A stretch of 62,892 nucleotides of DNA, the filler included, from Octopus bimaculoides (Eukaryota): NCBI RefSeq assembly GCF_001194135.2. It is 5 parts of 4 records of this genome, joined end to end, with 100 filler letters (N's around TTAATTAATTAA, not from the genome) between each part and the next. Parts side by side here need not be neighbours in the genome. Positions count along the whole stretch, not along the records: positions 32,753 to 59,369 come from NC_068983.1; positions 59,470 to 62,892 come from NC_068986.1; 3 more parts are not named here. One strand, 5' to 3'. Made by a program: the position numbers and the translations under genes. Positions 49,300 through 61,305 of the stretch are shown here, piece after piece; within the stretch, counting starts at the first letter, position 1; each line of letters opens with the position of its first letter. Under the pieces are notes generated by a model that worked only from the letters and a program-made list of their open reading frames with translations, had not been told where the DNA came from and did not search any database.

Positions 49300-50107
49300 G
49301 CACATATATTCGTATATCAAATAGTGTAGATGCGATCACAGCAAGGAACAATACATATAAATCACAAAATATTGAGTTATCTTTGTGAAATTAGTTTAGA
49401 ATAAATTAACCTTTAGACGCCGCCGATTTATCACAACATTCCATCTCTGCTAGAACAATGCCATACCCTTCAGGCTCCCTCATCACTCTTAGCGAAATAT
49501 CTACCCTTATCGCAGCGTTCTATCTAACTTTCACCCTGCCATGTTAACAGTCTATCTATATTTGATGATAAGAGCAAAAAAATAAATAAATAAATAAAAT
49601 AATAAATAAATAAATAAAGAGAAAGAAGCAACGTAATGGCGAGAAAAAGTAAAAAGAAAATGTTATCTTTTCAGTATTTGTGAAGCAATAGATCTTGTAA
49701 AGAGTAGTTTCCTGACAACAATGGCTGACTGTTCATCTGAATGACGTTTAACAAAGTTCAAAGGGAACGTCAGACAGCCTGGAAGTTGCCTACCACTTCT
49801 AACACCTCTGTCTAAGATAAGATTTTAATATTTTCATGAAAGACACATAGCTATACACCTCTTGTTCATTGTTGGTGTTGCTGCTGGTGATGTTGTTGTT
49901 GGGGGTTGTTGTTTGTTGCAGCAGTATGTATTGTTGTTTCCTTTGGTGTTTTTTGTTGTTGTTTGTTTTTGTAATCGTTGCTTTTATTATGTTATTTACG
50001 TTGTTATTATTTTTCATTGTTGTTTGTCGTTGTTGTAAACAATCATTCCAGAATTTAAAAAAAAAATCAGATGTTGAAGTGTAGTGGCTTTCAACTATTT
50101 CGATGTA

Positions 50108-50425
50108 GTGTCATTAAAGTATAGTGCATCGTAAGAGAGAAATTTACTGTTCGTTACTGAGAAGATATCTGTTACGCTGTTTGTCGATTAAACAACTAGA
50201 CTCTACACAAATATGTTTGTTATACTGAATAAACAATACCGCCGCTTAGGTGAAGGCCATACTGCAACACTCAACATGCAGTGATGAATCTTCTAGAAGG
50301 CCGTGTATCTATTGTGAACAAACGTAGCATAGTTACAGTTTAGAGTAGTGTAATGATTGGAGTGGTTCAAATATCTACAAAATAAAGTGTATATCAACTT
50401 CTGACGCAAGTGCATGCGGTATTAT
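50108..50425 (+). repeat. Unclassified repeat G, copy 2
   Basis: Colinear with 46505-46915. Confidence 0.85.
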
Positions 50426-50443
50426 TATATCAACTAATAATCT

Positions 50444-50599
50444 TGGCTTGTGGTAAGAAGCTTGCTTCCCTTTCAAACCACATGGTTCCAGGTTCAGTGC
50501 CACTGCGTAGTGCCTTGGGCAAGTGTTTTTTACTATAGTCTCGGGATGACCAATGCCTTATGAGTGGATTTGGTAGATGGAAACCAAAAGAAGCCTGTC

Positions 50600-50631
<32 letters not shown>

Positions 50632-51275
50632 NNNNNNNNNNNNNNNNNNNNNNNNNNNNNNNNNNNNNNNNNNNNNNNNNNNNNNNNNNNNNNNNNNNNN
50701 NNNNNNNNNNNNNNNNNNNNNNNNNNNNNNNNNNNNNNNNNNNNNNNNNNNNNNNNNNNNNNNNNNNNNNNNNNNNNNNNNNNNNNNNNNNNNNNNNNNN
50801 NNNNNNNNNNNNNNNNNNNNNNNNNNNNNNNNNNNNNNNNNNNNNNNNNNNNNNNNNNNNNNNNNNNNNNNNNNNNNNNNNNNNNNNNNNNNNNNNNNNN
50901 NNNNNNNNNNNNNNNNNNNNNNNNNNNNNNNNNNNNNNNNNNNNNNNNNNNNNNNNNNNNNNNNNNNNNNNNNNNNNNNNNNNNNNNNNNNNNNNNNNNN
51001 NNNNNNNNNNNNNNNNNNNNNNNNNNNNNNNNNNNNNTATATATATACACACATCTGGGTGTGTCTTTGTGGCTGTGTTTGTCTCCCACCCACTGCTTGA
51101 CAACCAGTGTTGGTGTGTTCATGTAACCGTAACTTAGCAGTCCGGCAAAGGAGAACGACAGAATAAGTACTTGGTTTAAAAAGAATAAGTCCTGGTGTCG
51201 ATTCATTCGGCTAAAACCCTTCAAGGCGGTGCTGGAGTATGGCTGTAGTCAAATGACTGAAACAAGTAAAAGAAT
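50444..51275 (+). mobile_element. SINE-A, full length, with the central microsatellite as a gap (50632-51037)
   Basis: Head TGGCTTGTGGTAAGAAG, GGTTCAGTGCCACTGCG, CCTTGGGCAAGTG, GCCTGTCG(TA)n, then body to TGACTGAAACAAGTAAAAG. Confidence 0.88.
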
Positions 51276-51394
51276 CAAAGAAAAGAACAAAAGAAAATCT
51301 TTACTATGCATCTAATAATCTGATCTATCAACTTGTTTTCATTTCAGATTGGAAAGAGACGGTTGTAACAGCGCGTTGAACAGGCCTTACTTAA

Positions 51395-51720
51395 AAATAA
51401 ACACCACTTACCACAATTCCATTCCAGAAACCAATTACTTGACAAAGATAGACATCAAAACTGCCCCTCACCATCTCTGCAGTCCAGACCTTGCTCCCTG
51501 TAAGTTTTGGTTGTTTCCCAGGCTGGAAGAGAACGTCGGGGACAGTCATTTTGAAGACATCTAGAAGATGGAGGCTGGGATAAAGGTCCTTGAGTACTTT
51601 TACTTTAGAAGGCTTCCATGCGGCCTTCAGGAAGAGGCTGGAGAGCTGAAGGAGATTCCAGTTGTTACTTCTTTAAAATGGAAAAGTATTTCTGTTGAAG
51701 CGTCTAGAATGTACCTCGTA
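51395..51720 (+). mobile_element. mariner transposase C-terminal relic
   Basis: YLTKIDIKTAPHHLCSPDLAPCKFWLFPRLE, compared with HPPYSPDLAP.DFWLFP.LK. Confidence 0.75.
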
Positions 51721-51841
51721 ATATAATAAAAAGTAAAGAGTCCCTTCGGTCATGAATGACCATGGAATTGCACCTAGAAAGTACCCCTCCAAGGTAGAAG
51801 ACCGAGCAAGGTGGTTTATAATCTGCCTGTCTGTTTGTCTG

Positions 51842-51878
<37 letters not shown>

Positions 51879-52231
51879 TTTTTTCTTTTTTTCTCTCGAT
51901 CCCTTTTGATCTAACTCCCCCCTTTTTCCCTTCCTACGATCCCTTTTGATCGACACACCCCTACATTTTTTTCTCTCTTTCCCTTCCCCCTCCCAAAAAG
52001 AAAAGCTCTTCATTGTATTTGTCCCATCTTTGTTGAGCNNNNNNNNNNGCTTATTTTCATTTATATATATATATATATATGTATATGTATATATATGTGT
52101 GTATATGTGTGTATGCATGTATGTTTGTGCGTGTGTGTGTGTGTTTGTTGGGTATTTGAATAGATGGGTCGAAACAATTGTGGTGATAAATAATGATTCT
52201 CGTATTTTCTATCTTCCGACTCACTCATTAT

Positions 52232-52274
<43 letters not shown>

Positions 52275-52888
52275 NNNNNNNNNNATCTGTATATATTCAT
52301 ATATCCAACAGTATCAGCGCCTAGAAGAATTTAAGTATAAGCGAACTTTAGGTTAGTTAGAATTTGTTTGTGGCATATTTTAACTTCTAAAAGCAAAGTC
52401 ACTGCAGTTACTTTGAAAGAAAAAAAATCTCTCTTATGATAGAAGGTGTAAAAACACCATATCTGCCCACTGTTGCCCCCAGTCAGATTCCCAGATGCAG
52501 TGTTTCTAGCTTTTTAGGTGTTTTTACACCTGTTATCATTAGAGAAGGAGCCATTTCGACTTTACAGTGATTATGTGCTTTCTGTGCATTACTGTCTCAT
52601 TTTCATGGACATGTCAGTCTTGTTCAACGGAAACTAGTTAAAAAAAGCCAGACAATTTATATGTCTGAACAACAATTTATTGATAAGTAATTGACATTTT
52701 CTGGTCGTTGGTGGATATGCTGCTGCTGCTGCTGATGATGTTGACGACGACGGCGATGCTAGTGGTGATGGTGGCGGTAACGTATTTACAGACTTTACAA
52801 TTATGATAAGACAGAAACTTTGTCTCCAGGGACAATTAGTATTCTACATAAAAGAATCTTAAAATGGCCTTTAATCCACACGCACACG

Positions 52889-52939
<51 letters not shown>

Positions 52940-53142
52940 TGCAAAACTATCAACATTGTGTCTCCTTTTTTAAAAACAATAAGCCACCTTGAGAAGAAAG
53001 TAACTTGTGAAGGTGTTTGTCAATATTATTAGATACGTATCTTCTTCAAGAGACTCCATATTCGTTGTGTTTTAAAAGATAACAAAAAAGTCTTTGTATT
53101 TAATGCAGTAAATGGCACTTAATTATTGAATCATAGTAAATA

Positions 53143-53335
53143 ATGATTTCAAATTTTGGCACAAAGCCAGCAATTACATTGACCCCAGAACTTAACTCGT
53201 ACTTATTTCATCGACCCCGAAAAGATGACAGGCAAAGTCGACCTCGGTGAAATGAAACTTAGAATGCGAAGATGGACGAAATACCAGTGTGTTTCTTCAC
53301 CCAGTAGGCGAACACTTCTGCCAGCTCGCCGCCTT
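53143..53335 (-). mobile_element. SINE-B variant 1
   Basis: Same body as the 12804-13015 copy. Confidence 0.85.
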
Positions 53336-54373
53336 AACCATAGCAAATAATGAAAACAGTCATTAGTGATTCATTTTGCAGACTATCAAATGAAATACCT
53401 TGTCCATTGGTGGCTTTTCTTCATTTTTAGTCAGTAAATTCCTCTCACCTAACTTTTCGTGCGGTAAAAATAATAACATAAATGATTTTACACACACACA
53501 CACGCACGCACACACNNNNNNNNNNNNNNNNNNNNNNNNNNNNNNNNNNNNNNNNNNNNNNNNNNNNNNNNNNNNNNNNNNNNNNNNNNNNNNNNNNNNN
53601 NNNNNNNNNNNNNNNNNNNNNNNNNNNNNNNNNNNNNNNNNNNNNNNNNNNNNNNNNNNNNNNNNNNNNNNNNNNNNNNNNNNNNNNNNNNNNNNNNNNN
53701 NNNNNNNNNNNNNNNNNNNNNNNNNNNNNNNNNNNNNNNNNNNNNNNNNNNNNNNNNNNNNNNNNNNNNNNNNNNNNNNNNNNNNNNNNNNNNNNNNNNN
53801 NNNNNNNNNNNNNNNNNNNNNNNNNNNNNNNNNNNNNNNNNNNNNNNNNNNNNNNNNNNNNNNNNNNNNNNNNNNNNNNNNNNNNNNNNNNNNNNNNNNN
53901 NNNNNNNNNNNNNNNNNNNNNNNNNNNNNNNNNNNNNNNNNNNNNNNNNNNNNNNNNNNNNNNNNNNNNNNNNNNNNNNNNNNNNNNNNNNNNNNNNNNN
54001 NNNNNNNNNNNNNNNNNNNNNNNNNNNNNNNNNNNNNNNNNNNNNNNNNNNNNNNNNNNNNNNNNNNNNNNNNNNNNNNNNNNNNNNNNNNNNNNNNNNN
54101 NNNNNNNNNNNNNNNNNNNNNNNNNNNNNNNNNNNNNNNNNNNNNNNNNNNNNNNNNNNNNNNNNNNNNNNNNNNNNNNNNNNNNNNNNNNNNNNNNNNN
54201 NNNNNNNNNNNNNNNNNNNNNNNNNNNNNNNNNNNNNNNNNNNNNNNNNNNNNNNNNNNNNNNNNNNNNNNNNNNNNNNNNNNNNNNNNNNNNNNNNNNN
54301 NNNNNNNNNNNNNNNNNNNNNNNNNNNNNNNNNNNNNNNNNNNNNNNNNNNNNNNNNNNNNNNNNNNNNNNNN

Positions 54374-54543
54374 ATATATACGACGGGCTTCTTTCAGTTT
54401 CCGTCTACCAAATCCACTCACAAGGTTTTGGTCGGCCGGAGGCTATAGTAGAAGATACCTGCCGAAGGTGCCACGCAGTGGGATTGAACCCGGAAGCATG
54501 TGGTTGGTAGACAAGCTACTTACCACACAGCCACTCCTACGCT
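54374..54543 (-). mobile_element. SINE-A 5' half, adjoining an 858-N gap
   Basis: (TA)nCGACGGGCTTCTTTCAGTTTCCGTCTACCAAATCCACTCACAAGG...ACCACACAGCCACTCCT. Confidence 0.88.
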
Positions 54544-54739
54544 ATTTACGTTGGTAAATATTTGTGAAAATATCTAACGCACGGTAAGATCAGACTTTCG
54601 TTCCTTTATGTACAAAACTATGGGGTGTTGAGGAGTCCCTGGCTTTAAAGGTGTCGCGAAAGGCCTGACTGGGAGCCCAACCTTCAGAGTTCTTTTACAG
54701 GGCTTAGAAAATCGAAGGACTGCTGGAATAAGTGTACGA

Positions 54740-55190
54740 TAACTGTCACCATTCTTTTCAAAAAAGGATAGTTTTCTTCACGCATCTACAACAAATTATA
54801 TTTGGCCATTCGTTGGGCCATATTCTCATTCAAATATGCGGGACCCAAATATCGGTCCTGCTAATATAACCAAGTTGATGCAGATAGTTTTCAACACTTG
54901 ATTTGGATTTTTGGAGAATATTTGCAACCATCTTAGTCGTACGAGGGGGGCTAGTTTCGCCTATCTTCTTCACATTGTCGCTGTTAATCTCGGACGGCCA
55001 GAGCGAGATGCATCTTAAACGGAATAATTTCCCAATTAAAATCTTAAACACCACTTCTGGCACATACGCTCCGTAACAGCATCCTCTCCATACACAGTAC
55101 ATATCTACCAGCAGGTTTCCGCTGCTTCCTTGTCTTAAAAAAAAATAATAACACAACTCATCAATGATGTTCGTTTCGGTTTTCCATTCT
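54740..55190 (-). mobile_element. mariner transposase N-terminal relic
   Basis: AAETC..ICTVYGEDAVTERMCQKW...SRSGRP, PRTTKMVA, HQLGYISRTDIWVPH and FLKRMVT. Several frameshifts and stops. Confidence 0.8.
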
Positions 55191-55311
55191 CGTCGCTATT
55201 TTGCATCGAACTATATCTATCTGTCTCTATATCTGTCCATCAATCGCTGATTCTCTGTTTCTGTCTGTCTGTCTGTCTGTCTGTCCCTCTGTCTCTCTAC
55301 ATATATCCATT

Positions 55312-55343
<32 letters not shown>

Positions 55344-55434
55344 TGTATGTATCTATCTATCTATCTATCTATCTGTCGACATACTACTTTATGTATGTTA
55401 TGTATCGATCTATCAATCTACTTATATTTACACA

Positions 55435-55497
<63 letters not shown>

Positions 55498-55605
55498 ATA
55501 TATATATATACATATATGTATGTATATATATATATATGTATCTATATATATGTTTGTGTATATATATATGTGCATATATATACACACATATATATATTTA
55601 TTCAT

Positions 55606-55671
<66 letters not shown>

Positions 55672-56046
55672 NNNNNNNNNNNNNNNNNNNNNNNNNNNNN
55701 NNNNNNNNNNNNNNNNNNNNNNNNNNNNNNNNNNNNNNNNNNNNNNNNNNNNNNNNNNNNNNNNNNNNNNNNNNNNNNNNNNNNNNNNNNNNNNNNNNNN
55801 NNNNNNNNNNNNNNNNNNNNNNNNNNNNNNNNNNNNNNNNNNNNNNNNNNNNNNNNNNNNNNNNNNNNNNNNNNNNNNNNNNNNNNNNNNNNNNNNNNNN
55901 NNNNNNNNNNNNNNNNNNNNNNNNNNNNNNNNNNNNNNNNNNNNNNNNNNNNNNNNNNNNNNNNNNNNNNNNNNNNNNNNNNNNNNNNNNNNNNNNNNNN
56001 NNNNNNNNNNNNNNNNNNNNNNNNNNNNNNNNNNNNNNNNNNNNNN

Positions 56047-56083
<37 letters not shown>

Positions 56084-56832
56084 GTAACATATATTACTAA
56101 GAGGGAAGGAGTTATAGTTATAGGCACTACCATTGAACGACAACACACATCCAGCAAACCATCTTCCCCGTACTACAACTATCACTCTCAGTCTGTTCAT
56201 CCCACTTCTAATTACAAACCCCTGTCGTCATTAGCAACAATATTTGACCCCGGTCACTAATTATTCATGTAATACTGGTCACATACTCCGCAAGATTTCT
56301 AACCTGTTCTTTAATGATCCCACGTCACCTTGAAGTTAGTCTGTATCAATTACTGGAGTCGAAACACTCTATAATGCTCCCTGACATACGGCTGTCCAGC
56401 ATAATTAATCAGGTGCAGACGTCTTTGTCTTTCGTTGTTAGCGACCCCAATGTCGGCTGGACCTACCATTACTGAAACTGGCAACTTGTCACTCCTGCAT
56501 GAATATTCCATGAATAGTAATTCCTTCCTGAAGCTCTGTAGTTTCCAATGAAGCTGCAAGAGTTTCCAGTCGACTAAAACTGCCCTCAGGGGAACACAAT
56601 TTCCTCCAGAGAAAATTTGAGCGAAAACTTTCTTTTGCATTAATAAACTGTCCATACAATTAAAATATGCAAGTCGCTGTCGCTCTCACTGCATGTGTAC
56701 GTGTATGTGTGTGTACATACATACATACATACATGCATACATAATTCATACATACATTCATACATAGATACATACATAGATACATACATTCATATATACA
56801 TACATACATGCATACATACATACATGTATATA

Positions 56833-56877
<45 letters not shown>

Positions 56878-57237
56878 GCACACTTATGGACACGTCTATA
56901 TTTATATATGTANNNNNNNNNNNNNNNNNNNNNNNNNNNNNNNNNNNNNNNNNNNNNNNNNNNNNNNNNNNNNNNNNNNNNNNNNNNNNNNNNNNNNNNN
57001 NNNNNNNNNNNNNNNNNNNNNNNNNNNNNNNNNNNNNNNNNNNNNNNNNNNNNNNNNNNNNNNNNNNNNNNNNNNNNNNNNNNNNNNNNNNNNNNNNNNN
57101 NNNNNNNNNNNNNNNNNNNNNNNNNNNNNNNNNNNNNNNNNNNNNNNNNNNNNNNNNNNNNNNNNNNNNNNNNNNNNNNNNNNNNNNNNNNNNNNNNNNN
57201 NNNNNNNNNNNNNNNNNNNNNNNNNNNNNNNNNNNNN

Positions 57238-57268
<31 letters not shown>

Positions 57269-57494
57269 ATATGTGTGTTTGTGTGTTTGAATGTGTGTGT
57301 GTGTGTGTGTGTGTGTGCACGCAGATACTAACAGATAGATAGATAGATAGATAGATGCATGCATGCATGAATACATATATACACACATACATACATACCT
57401 ATATACCTACATACATGCCTACCTACATACATACATATATACATACATACATACATACATGCATAAAGATATGTTTGGTAGAATAAACAGAATA

Positions 57495-57715
57495 AATTGC
57501 GTTGTGTTCTTCAGCAAGACATTTCATCTCACATTTCTCTACGATCACTTCAACATCTGACACGTGGCATACCTGCACCTGCGTTAGCAATGTCCACGTG
57601 GCGGATAGAGTGAGCACAGTACAAGCCTTTGATCGTTATAAACAAAATCGTCTGTGCATGGATTCCTCAAGATAATGCGGAACCCTCATCTACCGTTTAC
57701 GACAGGAGAGTGCAT
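57495..57715 (+). mobile_element. SINE fragment with a CORE-like block and a distinct body
   Basis: GCGTTGTGTTCTTCAGCAAGACA.TT followed by a body unlike the other CORE-like SINEs here. Confidence 0.5.
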
Positions 57716-57726
57716 AACATATAATT

Positions 57727-57982
57727 TATTTCAGCCATGCTGGAACACCACCTTCAATGGTTTCGATCGAACAAATCGACCCCAGGATTTATTATTATTT
57801 TTTTAAAGTCTAGTACTTATTCTATCGGTCACTTGTGCCAAACTGCTAAATTACGGGCACGTAAACACACCAACACCGGTTGTCAAGCGATGGTCAGGGA
57901 CAACAACAGTCACAAAAACACTACATATTGACACATATCTATGTATGTGTGTATGTATGTATATATATATATATATATATAT
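57727..57982 (-). mobile_element. SINE-A 3' half running into microsatellite and gap
   Basis: CCATGCTGGAACACC...ATCGACCCCAGGA...GTAAACACACCAACACCGGTTGTCAAGCGATGGT. Confidence 0.85.
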
Positions 57983-58231
57983 NNNNNNNNNNNNNNNNNN
58001 NNNNNNNNNNNNNNNNNNNNNNNNNNNNNNNNNNNNNNNNNNNNNNNNNNNNNNNNNNNNNNNNNNNNNNNNNNNNNNNNNNNNNNNNNNNNNNNNNNNN
58101 NNNNNNNNNNNNNNNNNNNNNNNNNNNNNNNNNNNNNNNNNNNNNNNNNNNNNNNNNNNNNNNNNNNNNNNNNNNNNNNNNNNNNNNNNNNNNNNNNNNN
58201 NNNNNNNNNNNNNNNNNNNNTATATATATAA

Positions 58232-58323
58232 ATATATAAATTTAATGAATGGAGTAAAATGCATATGTTAACTGCATATGCAGTTAACATATGCGTTTTA
58301 CTCCATTCATTAAATTTATATAT
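58232..58323. repeat. 92-bp spacer-less palindrome
   Basis: 46-bp arms centred between 58277 and 58278, with one mismatch (58260 T / 58295 G). Confidence 0.92.
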
Positions 58324-58945
58324 ACTCAAGTACCCAAAATATCAAGGAGTTTCTACCTCATAAACAGGAGTTACACCACAGTTATTTTGTGATCTCTGCT
58401 ACCCTGGTATCTATTAACCAATTTATTTTTCCGAGTTATTTATTAATTAGGAGAAAATAAATACATATAATATAATATAATATAATATAATATAATATAA
58501 TATATATATATATATATTTGCTAGATTCATTCATAAAGTTGTAGTAGAAGACACTTGCCTTGTGGGATTGAACCCGAAATCACTTGACTGCAAGCGATCT
58601 TCTTAATCACAAAGCCATACCTAATACTATACTCTAAAGAAGTAATTCTTTGTTGTCACTGGAAAACGAATTTCCTGTCCTAACAGCTTATAAATGCAGG
58701 ACATATTGGATATTCAAGTCGTGGATATAATATGTATATTTCTAGCAAAAACGAGAGAGGGATAGAGAGGGGGAGAGAAAGAGAGAGAGAGGATGGGCAA
58801 AGAGGGAGGGAGAGAGAGAAAGATTGCTTCTTAGCCACGGGACAGCAAATGAAAGCCAACATATAATGGAAAGCGGGATCCCTTTCCATTGTAGTTTACG
58901 TATCAAAAATTGATCTGTGACTAAACAGTAAAAACAGTGGCTGAA

Positions 58946-59113
58946 TGTTTCAGTCATATGACTGAGGTCATGCTAGAGCACCACATTGAAGGGTTTTAGT
59001 CGAAGAAATCAACCCTAAGATATCTTTTTATAGCGTCTTTTGCCGAACTGCTAATTTAAGGGAACGTAAACACACCAGCACCGGTTTCAAGTGGTAGTAG
59101 GAGACAAACACAG

Positions 59114-59146
<33 letters not shown>

Positions 59147-59307
59147 CGACAGGTTTCTTTCAGTTTCTGTCTACCAAATCTACTCACAAGGCTTTGGTAT
59201 GCCCGAGGCTATAGTAGAAGACACTTACCGAAAGTGCTACGCTGTGGGACTGAACCCGAAACCACATGGCTGGAAAGTAAGCTTCCTACCACACCGCCAC
59301 GCCGGCG
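58946..59307 (-). mobile_element. SINE-A, complete and ungapped, with a short internal (CA)n(TA)n at ~59114-59146
   Basis: tRNA-like head, CORE-like block, microsatellite and 3' body in one contig. Confidence 0.88.
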
Positions 59308-59313
59308 TCTGTA

Positions 59314-59349
<36 letters not shown>

Positions 59350-59369
59350 TATATATGTTTATATGCATA

Positions 59370-59469
59370 NNNNNNNNNNNNNNNNNNNNNNNNNNNNNNN
59401 NNNNNNNNNNNNNTTAATTAATTAANNNNNNNNNNNNNNNNNNNNNNNNNNNNNNNNNNNNNNNNNNNN
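59370..59469. other. Artificial 100-nt scaffold spacer
   Basis: N44-TTAATTAATTAA-N44. Confidence 0.9.
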
Positions 59470-59496
59470 TATGTTTATATATATATATATATATAT

Positions 59497-60775
59497 CGCT
59501 TAGACATTGCTAGATTGATGTAGAACTCAATACACGTATGAGACTGATAACATCATAAGACTTGGAAGGCAGCTCCTTGAGCAACATTCTTTGTCTGATA
59601 ACCTAGAATACATACCCAAAGAAGTCGCACGACTCTACCGCAACGTATCATCAGATGAAAGGATGAGCCTATATGAGCAGAAGTCTATGCATGGATATGT
59701 TAGTAGAAAGCTCCGTGATGATAGTAGCATCGATCATCAAAGCAGTTTATCATGGACGAATAACTGGATTACTACCTTCCACTTTGAAGGGTATGCTTTT
59801 GCAATCCAAGAACAGGAAATATCAACCAAGTGCCTGATGCACAAAAGGGACAGAGACGCAGGAAAAGCAGTGAAATGTGACAACCGATGCAGACTTTATG
59901 GAGTTAACATTGAAGATGTCACCCACATCCAAAGCAGTTGTCCAACAATGTCCTCACTGTATTATCTACCGATGAGACATGATGTTGTAGCTAGGACACT
60001 CCATAAGGAAATCCGTCGGAAGGATAACTCCGAGGACAAAGAAATAAGAACCCACAATATTGTAGAAACCATAGCCACTCATAATAAAACGGAATACTGG
60101 TGAAATGTCCCAGTGAAGATATCAATAAAATGTAAGCACAACAGATCTGATATAATGGTTTGGGATAGAGAAGAGACACTGTGTACAGTTGTGGAAATTA
60201 GCTGCCCTGCGGATGTTAACATAAAAGCTGAAGATCAGTGAAAAATGAATAACTACGCTGAACTATTGAAAAATCTGCAGTTACTCTGTCCAGATTACAA
60301 GTTCAGGTTTACACCTGTAATTATTGGGGCCTTGAGATATGTAACACACTGCTAAATGCCAATTATGAGAAATTAGGCTTCTCAAAACCAGAAAGGAGAA
60401 AGCTAATTCGAAGACTACAGATCCAATCCATCACTGGAACAACAAAAATCTGTAAAACTTTCCAGAAGTTTATCATATAAATATATATGAGCATGTCTAG
60501 ATATGCATCTATAGGCATGCGAATACATCCATAAAGCAAAACATACAAATCTGCACACGTACATAAATACATACATACATACATACATACATACATACAT
60601 ACACACATACATACATACATACATACATACATACACACATACATACATACATACAAACAAACAAATAAAAATACCCTGCTGTTGATGTTGAAATTTCAAT
60701 GACAGAGCCTTGGATCTAGGCTAGAAACTGGCTCTGTCTCTATTGGCAAGAAATTTTGAAATAAATTGAACAATG
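59497..60775 (+). mobile_element. R4-B copy 4, 5'-truncated (linker, zinc knuckle, RLE, 3' UTR)
   Basis: ORF 59591-60103: MHGYVSRKL, EGYAFAIQEQEI, CRLYGVNIEDVTHIQSSCP, RHDVVARTLH. Then RSDIMVWDRE..VVEISCPAD. Ends GAACAATG(ACAT)n. Confidence 0.92.
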
Positions 60776-60841
60776 ACATACATACATACATACATACATA
60801 CATGCATACATACATACATGCATACATACATTCATATATAC

Positions 60842-60910
60842 ATTTAATTTGCTTTGCGGGAGCAATTGTTTTATCGAAAGCGTATATTGTTGTTAAATGC
60901 TCGAAATACG
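60842..60910 (+). repeat. Unclassified repeat H fragment; second copy at ~62032-62098
   Basis: Identical 20-mer ATTTAATTTGCTTTGCGGGA plus ~50 nt of weaker similarity. Confidence 0.65.
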
Positions 60911-61269
60911 AGACTAGAAAAACAGCCCCAAAACTGAGATGGGTCGTTCTTTNNNNNNNNNNNNNNNNNNNNNNNNNNNNNNNNNNNNNNNNNNNNNNNN
61001 NNNNNNNNNNNNNNNNNNNNNNNNNNNNNNNNNNNNNNNNNNNNNNNNNNNNNNNNNNNNNNNNNNNNNNNNNNNNNNNNNNNNNNNNNNNNNNNNNNNN
61101 NNNNNNNNNNNNNNNNNNNNNNNNNNNNNNNNNNNNNNNNNNNNNNNNNNNNNNNNNNNNNNNNNNNNNNNNNNNNNNNNNNNNNNNNNNNNNNNNNNNN
61201 NNNNNNNNNNNNNNNNNNNNNNNNNNNNNNNNTATATATATATATATATAGATAGATAGATAGATAGAC

Positions 61270-61305
<36 letters not shown>

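Noticed and set aside
56090-56680. 101-aa minus ORF (56350-56655) in GC-balanced sequence
   Set aside because: No recognisable motif in the frames checked and no clear splice signals. Possibly decayed TE, but I cannot support a call.
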